Shown one piece after another: positions 1-9,658 of a DNA stretch of 64,000 nucleotides. Position 1 is the first letter of the stretch. Each line of letters opens with the position of its first letter. Source of the stretch: Chthoniobacterales bacterium (GTDB taxonomy: Bacteria > Verrucomicrobiota > Verrucomicrobiia > Chthoniobacterales > UBA6821). The notes under the pieces were generated by a model. That model did not search any database. It was not told the DNA's origin and saw nothing but the letters and a program-made list of their open reading frames with translations. The stretch is from NCBI GenBank assembly GCA_049282095.1, contig JBAPTI010000031.1:11419-75418 (forward strand). Direction: 5' to 3'. The position numbers and the translations under genes are program-made.

Positions 1-21
1 GAAACAACGTCAAAGTAACCC

Positions 22-441
22 ATGAAAACACCCCGCACTCCCCACGACACGATCCACGGTCTTGTCTACTTTCCCCGCATGGTGGAGAAGATCCGTCTCC
101 ATGCCGCGGGGGAGTTGGCCGAGGACTGCATCCCGAACCTCGGGAAGGGGTTTGATGACCGCTGCTGCAAGTTTCTGGGAGTTCCCTACGACGAACTGGC
201 TGCTCAGGTGAAGGCGGGGCTTTCCGATGAAGCGGTCTGGGATTGGTCGGTGAAGCGCGGCGCCGAGCCGACCGCAGAGCAGATCGAGATCTGGAACGGC
301 TTCATGACCAAGCGGGGATGGCGGGACGACGCAAGCGAGATCCTGATCCGCCGCAAGAAAGAGAGCGGATTCGAGACCCGCGACGAGATCCAGACCATGT
401 TCGACTACATCGATGCGGACGAGGGGAGAGAGATCAGATAG
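22..441 (+). CDS. DUF5069-like conserved hypothetical protein
   Basis: 139-aa ORF. The motif region GFDDRCCKFLGVPYDEL resembles the DUF5069 family as I recall it. The C-terminal half of the convergent ORF 568-1104 is similar. Confidence 0.55.
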   Translation: MKTPRTPHDTIHGLVYFPRMVEKIRLHAAGELAEDCIPNLGKGFDDRCCKFLGVPYDELAAQVKAGLSDEAVWDWSVKRGAEPTAEQIEIWNGFMTKRGWRDDASEILIRRKKESGFETRDEIQTMFDYIDADEGREIR

Positions 442-462
442 GACCCTGGTAGGGAAAAGGAC

Positions 463-564
463 TTACAGGGATGAAGGGGATGAAGGAGATAGAAGCAGAA
501 GAGTCCAGAAAGGTTTGGAATCTTAGAATTTCTCCATCCCTTGTATCCCCTTCATCCCTGTGAA
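463..564. repeat. Hairpin element copy A with ~29-nt inverted arms (TTACAGGGATGAAGGGGATGAAGGAGAT ... ATCCCTTGTATCCCCTTCATCCCTGTGAA)
   Basis: The inverted arms are read directly from the sequence. A second copy with near-identical arms lies at 10427-10516. This copy sits between two convergent genes. Confidence 0.8.
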
Positions 565-567
565 TTT

Positions 568-1104
568 CTACCTTTTCGAACCTCTCACAAAGGCCAGCAC
601 CTTGTCCTGATCGCCTCCCGAGGCCCATACAGCACGGAGAAAATCGGCTGGGTGGATGTCATGCTCCTTGAGGAAGCGCCTATCGCCTCCGCAACCGTAC
701 ATGATCTCGTGGCAGAGGCCGCCCTTCAGGAAGCAGGTGGCCTTCGCGATGATGCGTGGAAGCCAGGGGATTCCTTCCAGTTCCTCGGTCTTGGCGGGAA
801 GTTCCGCAGCCTCGGTCACCGTGGTGGCGGTGACACCTTTCTGATGCACGAGGAAGTAATCACGGCGCGCAGCGGCGATGAGAAGGACGGTATTCCAGTC
901 GGGCTCCCCTGCCGAAACCATGTCCTCTGCCCAGTCGTAGAGATTGATGGGACGGAGGCCCACAGAGGTGAGCCAGGCGAGCTCTTCGGCAGAGAAATAG
1001 CTTTCCAGATCACGGTTGCCGCCGCGGTAGAGGTCAACGGCCTTGTCGTAGAGTTCGCGGAGTTTTCGGGTCCAGAGATAGGAGTTCATGACTTCAAGAT
1101 ACAC
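568..1104 (-). CDS. DUF5069-like conserved hypothetical protein (paralog-like)
   Basis: 178-aa ORF. The C-terminal half (IPWLPRIIAKATCFLKGGLCHEIMYGCGGDRRFLKEHDIHPADFL) resembles the ORF at 22-441. The start could instead be the Met at 1089. Confidence 0.55.
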   Translation of the reverse strand: MYLEVMNSYLWTRKLRELYDKAVDLYRGGNRDLESYFSAEELAWLTSVGLRPINLYDWAEDMVSAGEPDWNTVLLIAAARRDYFLVHQKGVTATTVTEAAELPAKTEELEGIPWLPRIIAKATCFLKGGLCHEIMYGCGGDRRFLKEHDIHPADFLRAVWASGGDQDKVLAFVRGSKR

Positions 1105-1176
1105 CGTGACGAGGAACCGCGACAGGGTAAATCACAGGACGAGGGAATTATTGACCACGATGGCGCAAGGCTATCG

Positions 1177-1328
1177 GGTTAAAAAAGTTAGAAGGTTAAA
1201 AGGGTTCAAACCAAGTTCCGTGAAATCTGGATCAGAAAGCTAAAGCACTTTTGGGAACTGGAAGCCTTCGTGAACAAATGCCTCGGTTCACATTATAACT
1301 CTTTAACGTTCTAACTTTTTAACCTTTT
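1177..1328. repeat. Inverted repeat of GTTAAAAG/GTTAGAAG word arrays enclosing the palindrome GTGAAC-N10-GTTCAC (1270-1291)
   Basis: The left arm GGTTAAAAAAGTTAGAAGGTTAAAAG (1177-1204) is nearly the reverse complement of 1300-1328. Similar word arrays occur at 23658-23692, 29043-29168 and 58088-58123. Confidence 0.7.
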
Positions 1329-1463
1329 GCCTTTCAGTAATCCGCCTCCAATGCACCAAATCTAAGGCCGTTGCCCATTCGGGTTGGGCCACGCCGATCA
1401 CCCCAGGCGCTCCCAAATGGACAGCCACATCTTGACTGAAAGCTCTAATGATCCGCTTGAACT

Positions 1464-2225
1464 CTATTTCCGGAAGCCGGGGAGGATCTTGTTGAGTTCG
1501 TTTCCAAGTTGCTTGGCTCCCTGCTGCTGAAGTTGCTGGAGTCCCTGCTTGGCAAGGGCGTTGATACCCTCCTTCGCGGCGGCATTAATGAGGGGGGTGA
1601 TGATCTGCATGGCGACATCACGGGCCGAGATGCCCTTGCCGGCGGTGCCGATGTTCTGCAGGCGGATATCCGGGATGGAGATGGTCTGGTTGACTTTCTG
1701 GTCGAGGGCGCTGGCGGCAAGATGAACCTTCGTTCCCGAGATCACGACTTCCTTGATGACAAATTTCTTGGAGGAGGCTTCCTGGGGCGGTTTCTCCTCC
1801 TTGGTCTTGGAGGAGGATCCGGCGGACTGGATGTTCTGCATGAGTTTCCCGAGGTTGTTACCCGACGGAGTTCCGATCAGGGCGATCTCGGGGCCGCGGA
1901 TGATCACGGAATTCACGACGATCGGATCCTTGAGGAGCGTCTCCTTGTCGACGCTGACAGCGATGCTTCCGAGTTTCAGGGCGAAGGGACCCTTGTAGCC
2001 TTCGGGATTGCCGATCACGAAGCCGCTGAGTGCACCGCTTCCGGAGAATGGGGAGAGCCTTGCCGACGCCAACCGCACATCGGTCCTGGTGATGGTGGGG
2101 CCGACGGTCTCGACCGCCTTTTTGATCAGTGAGTTCAGCGAGAAGTAGAGATAGCCGATCGTCCCGATGAACAGGACAACGACCACGGCGACGAGGGAGA
2201 GGAGGATTTTTTTCATGGGATTCAA
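1464..2225 (-). CDS. Hypothetical membrane-anchored protein (N-terminal TM helix)
   Basis: 253-aa ORF with an N-terminal hydrophobic helix (ILLSLVAVVVVLFIGTIGYLYF). I do not recognise a family with confidence. Confidence 0.55.
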   Translation of the reverse strand: MNPMKKILLSLVAVVVVLFIGTIGYLYFSLNSLIKKAVETVGPTITRTDVRLASARLSPFSGSGALSGFVIGNPEGYKGPFALKLGSIAVSVDKETLLKDPIVVNSVIIRGPEIALIGTPSGNNLGKLMQNIQSAGSSSKTKEEKPPQEASSKKFVIKEVVISGTKVHLAASALDQKVNQTISIPDIRLQNIGTAGKGISARDVAMQIITPLINAAAKEGINALAKQGLQQLQQQGAKQLGNELNKILPGFRK

Positions 2226-2277
2226 TCAGCGCTTTTAGTGGATCTAGTAGAGGGGAGCTTTGGGATGGATGGCAAGG

Positions 2278-2934
2278 TCAGTCTTTCCGGAAGAACTTGT
2301 CCGGTGCATCGACGCTGGGGCAGAGGGAGCGGAGTTCGCATGCGGCGCAGTCGGGGTTGCGCGCCTTGCAGCGACGGCGGCCGTGCCAGATGAGCCAGTG
2401 GGAGAGAAGGGTCCATTGTTCCCGAGGGAAAAGTTTCATCAGGTCCTGCTCGACCTTGACCGGATCGGAGTTTGTGGTGAGTCCGAGTCGCAGGGAGAGG
2501 CGTCCGACATGGGTATCGACGACGACCCCCTCGTTGATCCCGAAGGCATTTCCGAGGACGACGTTGGCGGTCTTGCGACCCGCGCCGGGAAGGGCGGAGA
2601 GTTCGGCGATGCTGCGAGGGATCTCACCCCCATGCCGCTCCATCAGGGCGGCGCCCATGCCTCGGATCGACTTGGCCTTGTTCCGGTAGAATCCCGTGGA
2701 GCGGACGATCTCCTCGAGTTCCTCCTGAGGGATGGCCGCGTAGTCGGCGGCGGTCTTGCAGCGCTTGAAGAGTGCCTTGGTCACCATATTGACCCGGACG
2801 TCGGTGCACTGGGCGGAGAGGATCGTTGCGACGAGCAACTCGAGGGGATTTGAGAAATCGAGCTCGCAGTGGGCGTCCGGATAGATCCCGGGAAGTTCGG
2901 TGGCGAGGGTGTTGGTGCGTTCCTTGCGTGTCAT
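2278..2934 (-). CDS. nth: Endonuclease III (DNA glycosylase/AP lyase)
   Basis: HhH-GPD region LPGAGRKTANVVL and a C-terminal 4Fe-4S Cys cluster (CKARNPDCAACELRSLC), with Nth-like sequence along its full length. Confidence 0.9.
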   Translation of the reverse strand: MTRKERTNTLATELPGIYPDAHCELDFSNPLELLVATILSAQCTDVRVNMVTKALFKRCKTAADYAAIPQEELEEIVRSTGFYRNKAKSIRGMGAALMERHGGEIPRSIAELSALPGAGRKTANVVLGNAFGINEGVVVDTHVGRLSLRLGLTTNSDPVKVEQDLMKLFPREQWTLLSHWLIWHGRRRCKARNPDCAACELRSLCPSVDAPDKFFRKD

Positions 2935-2954
2935 AGGAGGAATTGGAGATTTTG

Positions 2955-4541
2955 TTACGGTTCGTTCACTCGAGCCGGCTCATACCCGCGGTGCAGGCTT
3001 AGGGTAAGGGGCTTGGTGATGCCGGGCAGGAAAACCTTCCGGGGCTTCGAGGGATTCGTGAAGAGCCACCCGAAATCACACCCGCTGCGGGGCCACTCGA
3101 CAACGAGTGCGGTCTTCCCCTTCCACGGCGCGTCATCGCTCCAGGGGAAGCGGCTTCGTCCGCGGATCGGCAGCGTCAGGAAGGGCTCCAGTTCGGGGGT
3201 GTGGTACACGAGGACTCCGTATGTCTGGTAGGTGTCGGTGCAGATGAAGTCTGCTCCCGACTCACGGAAGGAAGCGGCGGCCGCTTGGGCGACTTCCTTC
3301 GGTCCCATGATTTCGGAAAGGCGCGCCTGCAGTTCGGTGAGTGACTTGGTTGCCGAGGCGGCGATCTTTTCCGAGCCGGTCAGTCTGCCCAGGAATGCCA
3401 TGTCGGGAGTCGTGCTGCGCAGGGGGAGGGTGACTGCCCCGGGAAGCAGCAGGAGGGAGACCGCCGCCACGGCGCCGATGTCGGCGATCAGCAGAACGAT
3501 GAGTGCGGCTTTCCACCAGGCCCGACTGTAGCGCTCCCAGTCCCCCGCGACCATGATGAGGCCGCTCACGAAGGCGGCCATCGGCCAGTTGGCCTCGACA
3601 TGGGCCTTGCCCGCCGAGAACCCGAAGAAGAGCACCACCGTCCAGAAGAACGCTCCCAGGAAGCGGAAGCGACGATCACCCATCCGTGTCGCCGCCGTGC
3701 GGAAGCAGAGGAGTCCGAGGATGGGCGAGACCAGCACGACAAGGAAGACCGCGTAGTCGGCGAGGTTCTGGAGGTTGATGAGGCTGCGGTGTTCGTTGCG
3801 GAAGCCGTGGTTGAGTTGGTGGGCGAAGGAGGCCCAGTCATGGCGGCTGTTCCACCAGATCACGGGAGCAAAGAGAATCAGGGCGACGATCCCGGCCATC
3901 AGGCCGCCCAGAAAGAGACGCTTCCGGTTGCCGGGGCTTGTCAACCAGAGCAGTCCGAGTCCCGCAAAGAAGAGAACCATCGTGTATTTGCTCAGCATGC
4001 CCACACCCGCGGCCGCACCCGCCGCAAGCCACCATCCCATCGGGGCGCCTTCTTGGCTTCCACGCCATGCAAAGAGCATGGCGAATGCCCAGGCCGGAAT
4101 CAGCATGGTATCCGGCGTCATCAAAAAGGCATTCCCCGCGAAGATCGGGGCGAGTGTCAGAAAGATGCCGGCCCGGTTCCCTGCCGCCGTTCCGAAGAGT
4201 TCCTTCCCGAGCTGCCTCCCTGCCAGTGCCAGAAGGACCCCTGAGAGAATCGCTCCCAGTCGGACGGCCAGGGGATGATGCCCCAGCAGGGCGTGTCCCC
4301 CCGCGATCACCCAGGCGACAAGGGGAGGATGGTCGAAGTAACACGACTGAAGGTGGAGAGACCAGACCCAGTAGTAGCACTCGTCAAAGATGAGTCCCAG
4401 ATTGGCCCCGGCGACGAGTTTCCAGATCAGAGTGGCCAGTACGACCCCTAGGAACGTGGCATTCCTGTCGATCAGGGGAGGGGGGGCGCCTCGTTCGCCG
4501 GTGTTCCCAAAGTTCCGGTCAGTGGCAGGGTCGTTGGCCAT
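2955..4541 (-). CDS. ArnT/PMT-like (GT39/GT83-type) membrane glycosyltransferase
   Basis: 528-aa polytopic membrane ORF. The N-terminal loop FDECYYWVWS and many TM helices are typical of lipid-carrier-dependent 4-amino-arabinose/mannosyl transferases. Confidence 0.7.
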   Translation of the reverse strand: MANDPATDRNFGNTGERGAPPPLIDRNATFLGVVLATLIWKLVAGANLGLIFDECYYWVWSLHLQSCYFDHPPLVAWVIAGGHALLGHHPLAVRLGAILSGVLLALAGRQLGKELFGTAAGNRAGIFLTLAPIFAGNAFLMTPDTMLIPAWAFAMLFAWRGSQEGAPMGWWLAAGAAAGVGMLSKYTMVLFFAGLGLLWLTSPGNRKRLFLGGLMAGIVALILFAPVIWWNSRHDWASFAHQLNHGFRNEHRSLINLQNLADYAVFLVVLVSPILGLLCFRTAATRMGDRRFRFLGAFFWTVVLFFGFSAGKAHVEANWPMAAFVSGLIMVAGDWERYSRAWWKAALIVLLIADIGAVAAVSLLLLPGAVTLPLRSTTPDMAFLGRLTGSEKIAASATKSLTELQARLSEIMGPKEVAQAAAASFRESGADFICTDTYQTYGVLVYHTPELEPFLTLPIRGRSRFPWSDDAPWKGKTALVVEWPRSGCDFGWLFTNPSKPRKVFLPGITKPLTLSLHRGYEPARVNEP

Positions 4542-4703
4542 GGGGCGGCAGGATGGATTCCCCGCATCTTCAGGTCAAAGAGAAATCAGGATTGTCCTCT
4601 CTTCTTTGAGTTGACCGGTGTGACATGACCCGTCATAGTCACAAACCCCCGACACACTGTCATGGAACCCTTCCTGGCCTCTGCGTCGGGAATTCCCATT
4701 GCC

Positions 4704-5969
4704 ATGAACTCCGAATTTATCGCCATGCTCGACTACCTCGAGCGTGAAAAAGGTATCAAACGTGAGACCCTCATCGAGGCCATCTCCTCGGCCCTCGTTG
4801 CCGCCTCCAAGAAGAGCTTTTCCTGCTCCCGCGAGGTCCGCATCGACATCAATCCTAAGAGCGGCGCCATCCGCGCCTTCGCCAAGCCCCTTGTGGTCGA
4901 GACCGTTTCCAATCCCCAGGAGGAGATTTCCGTCGCCAAGGCCCGCCTCATCAACAAGGAGATCCAGCCCGGCGAAGAGATCGAGATCGAGGTGACGCCT
5001 CGCGACTTCGGCCGCATCGCTGCCCAGACCGCTCGTCAGGCGATTGCCCAGCGCATCCGTCAGATCGAGAAGGAGATGATCTACGAGGAGTTCAAGGACC
5101 GCGCCGGCGAGATCGTCAGCGGCACCGTCCGCCGATTCGACCGTAGCGATGTGGTTCTCGACCTTGGTAAGTTCGAGGGGATCATGCCCTCGCGTGAGCG
5201 CGTCAGCACCGAGGAGTACAACATCGGCGACCGCATCCGTGCCTACGTCGTCGCCGTGGAGAACGGCCCCCGCGGCCCCGAGATCATCCTCTCCCGCAGT
5301 CATCCCAACTTCATCCGCCGCCTTTTCGAGATCGAGGTCAGCGAGATCGCCGACCACACCGTCGAGCTTCGCTCCATCGCCCGCGAGGCCGGTTTCCGCA
5401 CGAAGATCGCCGTGCACAGCGCCAATGACAAGGTCGACCCTGTCGGCGCCTGCGTCGGCATGCGCGGAGCCCGCGTCAAGAATATCGTCCGCGAGCTCAA
5501 CAACGAGAAAGTGGACATCATTCGCTGGTATGAGGATCCCAAGGAGTTCGCCCGCGAGGCGCTCAAGCCGGCACGTATCCGCAGCATCGAGGTCGACGAG
5601 GCCACCCATACCCTCCGCATCGCCGTCGACAAGGAGGATCTTGCACTCGCCATCGGCAAGCGCGGCCAGAATGCCCGCCTCACCTCCCGACTCACCGGCT
5701 GGGAAATCGACATCAAGGAGGATCGCTCCGCTGCCGAAGCTTTCGAGCAGCAGCTTGGCGGTGCCGTCCATCAGCTCGCCGAGGCCCTGGGCATCTCCGA
5801 GGAGGAGGCCAAGACCCTTGCCGCCGGCGGCATGAATTCCGTCGACGTGGTCGTCACCGCCGAGGCTTCCGACATTGACGGAGTGCTTGGCTGCGGACCC
5901 GAGAAAGCCGAATCCATCCTCGCAGCCGCCAAGAGCCACCTCGAAGCGAAAGGACAGGCGGCGGCTTAG
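4704..5969 (+). CDS. nusA: Transcription termination/antitermination factor NusA
   Basis: N-terminal domain, S1 domain and two KH domains (GACVGMRGARVKNIVRELNNEKVDII; IGKRGQNARLTSRLTGWEIDI). The start is set at the Met of MNSEFIAMLDYLEREKGI rather than the ORF-track start at 4662. Confidence 0.92.
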   Translation: MNSEFIAMLDYLEREKGIKRETLIEAISSALVAASKKSFSCSREVRIDINPKSGAIRAFAKPLVVETVSNPQEEISVAKARLINKEIQPGEEIEIEVTPRDFGRIAAQTARQAIAQRIRQIEKEMIYEEFKDRAGEIVSGTVRRFDRSDVVLDLGKFEGIMPSRERVSTEEYNIGDRIRAYVVAVENGPRGPEIILSRSHPNFIRRLFEIEVSEIADHTVELRSIAREAGFRTKIAVHSANDKVDPVGACVGMRGARVKNIVRELNNEKVDIIRWYEDPKEFAREALKPARIRSIEVDEATHTLRIAVDKEDLALAIGKRGQNARLTSRLTGWEIDIKEDRSAAEAFEQQLGGAVHQLAEALGISEEEAKTLAAGGMNSVDVVVTAEASDIDGVLGCGPEKAESILAAAKSHLEAKGQAAA

Positions 5970-6017
5970 TCACGGCGCTTCCCCGTCGCGGGGAATCTGC
6001 CGTCATCCGATATTTTC

Positions 6018-7469
6018 ATGGCCTCCAAAGTCCCCACATCCAAATCAACCGCCTCCAAAGGGGCGGGTTCCAAGGCCTCTGCATCCAAGGCTCCCTCCCG
6101 CGCTTCCCGCGCTGGAACAGTCTCCGGTGCCCGCGGTTCCTCCAGGTCTTCCTCCCCGAAGGATACCAAGGATGCCTCTTCAAAGTCCAAGGCCGCATCG
6201 CCTGCTTCTGACAAAGCCGAGGCCAAGAAGCCGGTCATCAAGACGGCCGACCTTCCCACCCTTTCCCTGATCGACGAACCCGCTCCGAAGAAGCGGGTCG
6301 CCTCCACGGGCAGGGCCCTTCCACGTATCGGGGAGAGCCAGCCTCCAGCGGCGCCCGTGCCTGTCGTGGAGGAAGAGGTCGAGGCTGTCCTCACGGAAGA
6401 AGCGGTGATCGCCGAGGATGCCGAGGGTGGTGAGCCCCGCAAGGTGATCCACATCAAGCCCCCGATCCAGATAAAGGAACTGGCAACCCAGATGGGAGTT
6501 CCTCCCTTCAAGATCATCAAGGATCTGATGGGAATGCAGATTTTCGCGAACATCAACCAGTCGGTCGAGCCCGAGGTCGCCGGCAAACTCTGCGATCTTT
6601 ACGGATTCGTTTTCGAGCGCGAGAAGCGCGTCGCAGGAGGCGGTGTCCACAAGGAGGAGAAGGTTGTCATCGAGCCTCCCAAGCCCGTCGAGGAAAAGCC
6701 CGAGGCGAAGAAGCTCCGCGGCCCCATCATCACCTTCATGGGCCATGTCGACCATGGCAAGACCTCCCTGCTCGACGCCATCCGTCGCGCCAAGGTCGCT
6801 TCGGGCGAGGCAGGCGGCATCACCCAGCGAATCGGCGCCTATTCCATCGACTGGAAGGGGAACCCCATCACCTTCATCGACACCCCGGGCCATGCGGCCT
6901 TCTCCGCCATGCGGGCACGCGGTGCGAATGTCACCGACATCGTCGTCCTTGTCGTTGCAGCCGACGACGGTCTCATGCCGCAGACGCTTGAGGCTCTCAG
7001 CCATGCCCAGGCCGCCAAGGTCACGATCATGGTCGCCATCAATAAGTGCGATCTCAAGACGGCAAACCCCGACCGCGTGAAGCAACAACTCCAGGAGAAG
7101 GGACTTGTTCCCGAGGATTGGGGAGGCGACACCGTGGTCTGCGAGGTTTCCGCGGCCACCGGCAATGGAATCGACAACCTGCTCGAGATGATGTCCCTTC
7201 AGGCCGAGGTTCTGGAACTCAAGGCCAACCCCGACATTCCCGGACGCGCCAGCGTCATCGAGGCCCAGGTCGAGGCGGGACGCGGCCCCACGGCCACCGT
7301 CATCGTCAACACTGGCACCCTCCGCGTCGGCGATCCGTTCATCTGCGGCAACTACTGGGGCAAGGTCAAGCAGCTCATCAACGAGGATGGCGTCGCCTTC
7401 AAGGCCGCCGGTCCCGCCATGCCCGCCAAGGTTCTGGGGCTCAGCGGTCTTCCCAACGCCGGCGACTAA
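6018..7469 (+). CDS. infB: Translation initiation factor IF-2, N-terminal part (N-domain, G domain, domain II), ended by an in-frame TAA
   Basis: GTPase motifs [17 protein letters not shown] and NKCD. The ORF stops at TAA 7467-7469 in the middle of the conserved ...LPNAGD-x-LVV... segment. Confidence 0.9.
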   Translation: MASKVPTSKSTASKGAGSKASASKAPSRASRAGTVSGARGSSRSSSPKDTKDASSKSKAASPASDKAEAKKPVIKTADLPTLSLIDEPAPKKRVASTGRALPRIGESQPPAAPVPVVEEEVEAVLTEEAVIAEDAEGGEPRKVIHIKPPIQIKELATQMGVPPFKIIKDLMGMQIFANINQSVEPEVAGKLCDLYGFVFEREKRVAGGGVHKEEKVVIEPPKPVEEKPEAKKLRGPIITFMGHVDHGKTSLLDAIRRAKVASGEAGGITQRIGAYSIDWKGNPITFIDTPGHAAFSAMRARGANVTDIVVLVVAADDGLMPQTLEALSHAQAAKVTIMVAINKCDLKTANPDRVKQQLQEKGLVPEDWGGDTVVCEVSAATGNGIDNLLEMMSLQAEVLELKANPDIPGRASVIEAQVEAGRGPTATVIVNTGTLRVGDPFICGNYWGKVKQLINEDGVAFKAAGPAMPAKVLGLSGLPNAGD

Positions 7470-7478
7470 CTCGTTGTC

Positions 7479-8216
7479 ATGGAGAACGAGCGTTCCGCTC
7501 GGCAGCTCAGCGAGGAGCGTCTCGATGCCCAGCGCAAGGAGAAGCTTTCCGCTCCCAAGAGGGCCACGCTTGAAAACCTCTTCGCCAATATCGCCGCCGA
7601 CCAAAAGAAGGTTCTCCAGATCGTCCTCAAGGCCGACATGCAGGGCTCCCTCGAGGCGATCATCGGCACCCTTAACGACATTCCGCAGGATAAGATCGAC
7701 CTCAAGATCATCCACTCCGCCGTGGGTCCGATCACCGAGAGCGACGTGCTTTTGGCCAGTGCCTCCGACGCCATCATCATCGGCTTCGGCATCAAGGTCG
7801 AGAACAGTGCCAACAACGCCACCCGCAAGGAGGGCGTCCAGATCAAGCTCTTCAGCATTATCTACGAGTTGGTCGACCAGATGCGCGACGCCATGCAGGG
7901 TATGCTTGACCCCGAGGTACGCGAAGCCGTCATCGGTCATGCCGAGGTGAAGCAGCTCTTCGATCTCACCAAGGGAATGGTCGCCGGCTCGATGGTCACC
8001 GACGGACGCATGTCGCGCTCCGCCCGCGCCCGCGTGCTGCGCCGCCGCCAGGCCGTCTACGATGGCAGCCTGACCACCCTGCGCCGATTCACCGAGGATG
8101 TGAAGGAAGTCCGTGCCGGACTCGAGTGCGGTATCCGCCTCGGCGATTACTCCGAATACGAGGTCGGCGATATCATCGAGTGCTACACCCTCGAGAAGGT
8201 CGCCCAGACCCTCTAA
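7479..8216 (+). CDS. infB: Translation initiation factor IF-2, C-terminal part (C1/C2 domains), same frame as 6018-7469
   Basis: 7479-6018 is divisible by 3, so the two parts share a frame. The sequence KADMQGSLEAI...AIIIGFGIKV...RRFTEDVKEVRAGLECGI is the canonical IF-2 C-terminus. Only a TAA and three sense codons separate it from the upstream part. Confidence 0.9.
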   Translation: MENERSARQLSEERLDAQRKEKLSAPKRATLENLFANIAADQKKVLQIVLKADMQGSLEAIIGTLNDIPQDKIDLKIIHSAVGPITESDVLLASASDAIIIGFGIKVENSANNATRKEGVQIKLFSIIYELVDQMRDAMQGMLDPEVREAVIGHAEVKQLFDLTKGMVAGSMVTDGRMSRSARARVLRRRQAVYDGSLTTLRRFTEDVKEVRAGLECGIRLGDYSEYEVGDIIECYTLEKVAQTL

Positions 8217-8258
8217 ACAGGGTTATTGTTACAAGGAGGGAGCCCTCCCGTCACAACC

Positions 8259-8657
8259 ATGAGCCTACGAACCGTCCGAGTCTGTGAACTGATCAAGCGC
8301 GAGCTTGGGACAATCGTGGGACGTGAAATGAAATTCGAGGCTCCCCTCGTTTCGGTGCGTGCCGTCGACATCACGCCTGATCTCAAGAACGCCCACGTCT
8401 TCATCAGTGCGATCGGTACCAAGTGGCAGAAAGAGCAGGCGATCGCGGCCCTCGAGGGCAATCGCCAGCACCTGCAGCACGAGCTCTCCCGGAGGGTCAT
8501 CCTGAAGTACACTCCGCATCTGTATTTCCAACTCGACGAGTCGATCGAGCGGGGGACACGCGTTCTCAATCTCCTCGACGAGATCGCCCCGACCCTGACC
8601 GATGATGACTCCGAGGAAGGGGCCGACGAGGCCGAGGGAGATCCTCGCCAGCCATGA
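8259..8657 (+). CDS. rbfA: Ribosome-binding factor A
   Basis: RbfA-like sequence (RVCELIKRELGTIV...DITPDLKNAHVFIS...YTPHLYFQLDESIERG) in the conserved position after infB. The start is set at ATG 8259. Confidence 0.88.
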   Translation: MSLRTVRVCELIKRELGTIVGREMKFEAPLVSVRAVDITPDLKNAHVFISAIGTKWQKEQAIAALEGNRQHLQHELSRRVILKYTPHLYFQLDESIERGTRVLNLLDEIAPTLTDDDSEEGADEAEGDPRQP

Positions 8658-9634
8658 CCTCCGCCACCTTCCCCGAGATCCGAGAAGCGCTCCTAGGCAA
8701 GCGGCGCATCTTGGTCGCCAGCCATCTCCGTCCCGATGCCGACGCCTACGGATCGACGATAGCCGCAGCCCTCTGGCTCCTTTCCGAGGGGCATGAAGTG
8801 ACCGCCTGGAACCAGGACGGAATGCTGGAGAAGTTCTCCTTTCTTCCCTCCTCGGAGCTGGTGCTGCCACCCCCTGCCACGCCCGTCACCTTCGACGCGG
8901 TGCTCGCGCTCGATACCTCGGTGAAGAACCGGCTGGGGACCGTGATCGACGCCGTGGCCGACACGCCACTCTGGATCTGCATCGATCACCACCGCAGCAA
9001 TGAGGGGTATGCCGACCTGAATCTCATCGACGCCACCCGTCCCGCCACTGGTCAAATCCTGGCCGAGGCTTTCATGCAATCCGGCATCACGATCACTCCG
9101 GAGATGGCCACCAATCTCTTCGCGGCGATCTCGACCGACACCGGTTCCTTCCAGTACGAGGGGACCAGCGCGGAAACCTTTGAGGTGGCAGCGGCGCTGA
9201 TCCGTCGCGGGGTGAATGTCGCTACGCTCTCCCGCTCCCTCTACGAGAGCCAGTCGAAGCGTCGCCTCGACCTCCTGAAGCACGCCCTCGTGAATGCCCG
9301 CTTCAGCTGTCAGGATCGTGTAGCGAGCTTTTCCCTCTCTCTGGCCGACGTGCAGGCCCTCGGGGTCATCCCGGAGGACAATGAGGGGATCATCGATCAC
9401 CTGCGCTCCGTCGACACCGTCAAGGCGGCCGCCTTCTTCGAGGAGCTTCCCGACGGGATGATCCGCCTCAGCCTCCGCTCCAAGGACTCCAGCTTCGATG
9501 CCTGCGCCCTCTGCGGGAAGTTCGGTGGCGGTGGTCACCTGATGGCTTCGGGGGCGCGGATCAATGGATCGCTTGCCGAGGTGGAGGCCCGTGTCCTTGC
9601 CGCGATCTGCGCCGAGATCGAGTCTGCCGACTAA
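8654..9634 (+). CDS. nrnA: DHH-family phosphoesterase (NrnA-like oligoribonuclease/pAp phosphatase)
   Basis: DHH motif (CIDHHRSN) and DHHA1 GGGH motif (FGGGGHLMASG). There is a 4-nt overlap with rbfA. Confidence 0.8.
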   Translation: MTSATFPEIREALLGKRRILVASHLRPDADAYGSTIAAALWLLSEGHEVTAWNQDGMLEKFSFLPSSELVLPPPATPVTFDAVLALDTSVKNRLGTVIDAVADTPLWICIDHHRSNEGYADLNLIDATRPATGQILAEAFMQSGITITPEMATNLFAAISTDTGSFQYEGTSAETFEVAAALIRRGVNVATLSRSLYESQSKRRLDLLKHALVNARFSCQDRVASFSLSLADVQALGVIPEDNEGIIDHLRSVDTVKAAAFFEELPDGMIRLSLRSKDSSFDACALCGKFGGGGHLMASGARINGSLAEVEARVLAAICAEIESAD

Positions 9635-9658
9635 GGACCCGCTGATTTTTCAAACACC

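Noticed and set aside
463-564. TTCACA...TGTGAA ends of the hairpin element as a Rex operator
   Set aside because: The Rex consensus is TTGTGAA-N4-TTCACAA, with the halves adjacent. Here the halves are in the opposite order and about 90 nt apart.
4575-5939. 454-aa ORF antisense to nusA
   Set aside because: Its composition is low-complexity and rich in Gly, Ala, Asp and Leu, typical of antisense frames in GC-rich DNA. The opposite strand encodes an unmistakable NusA.
7467-7469. TAA in infB as evidence for stop-codon reassignment
   Set aside because: TAA terminates several well-defined genes in the same window (rplS, truB, gltX, uxs and the Wzc-like gene) at family-typical C-termini.
6180-7940. 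586-aa ORF antisense to infB
   Set aside because: Same reasoning: the opposite strand carries the IF-2 GTPase motifs, and the antisense product has no recognisable motifs.
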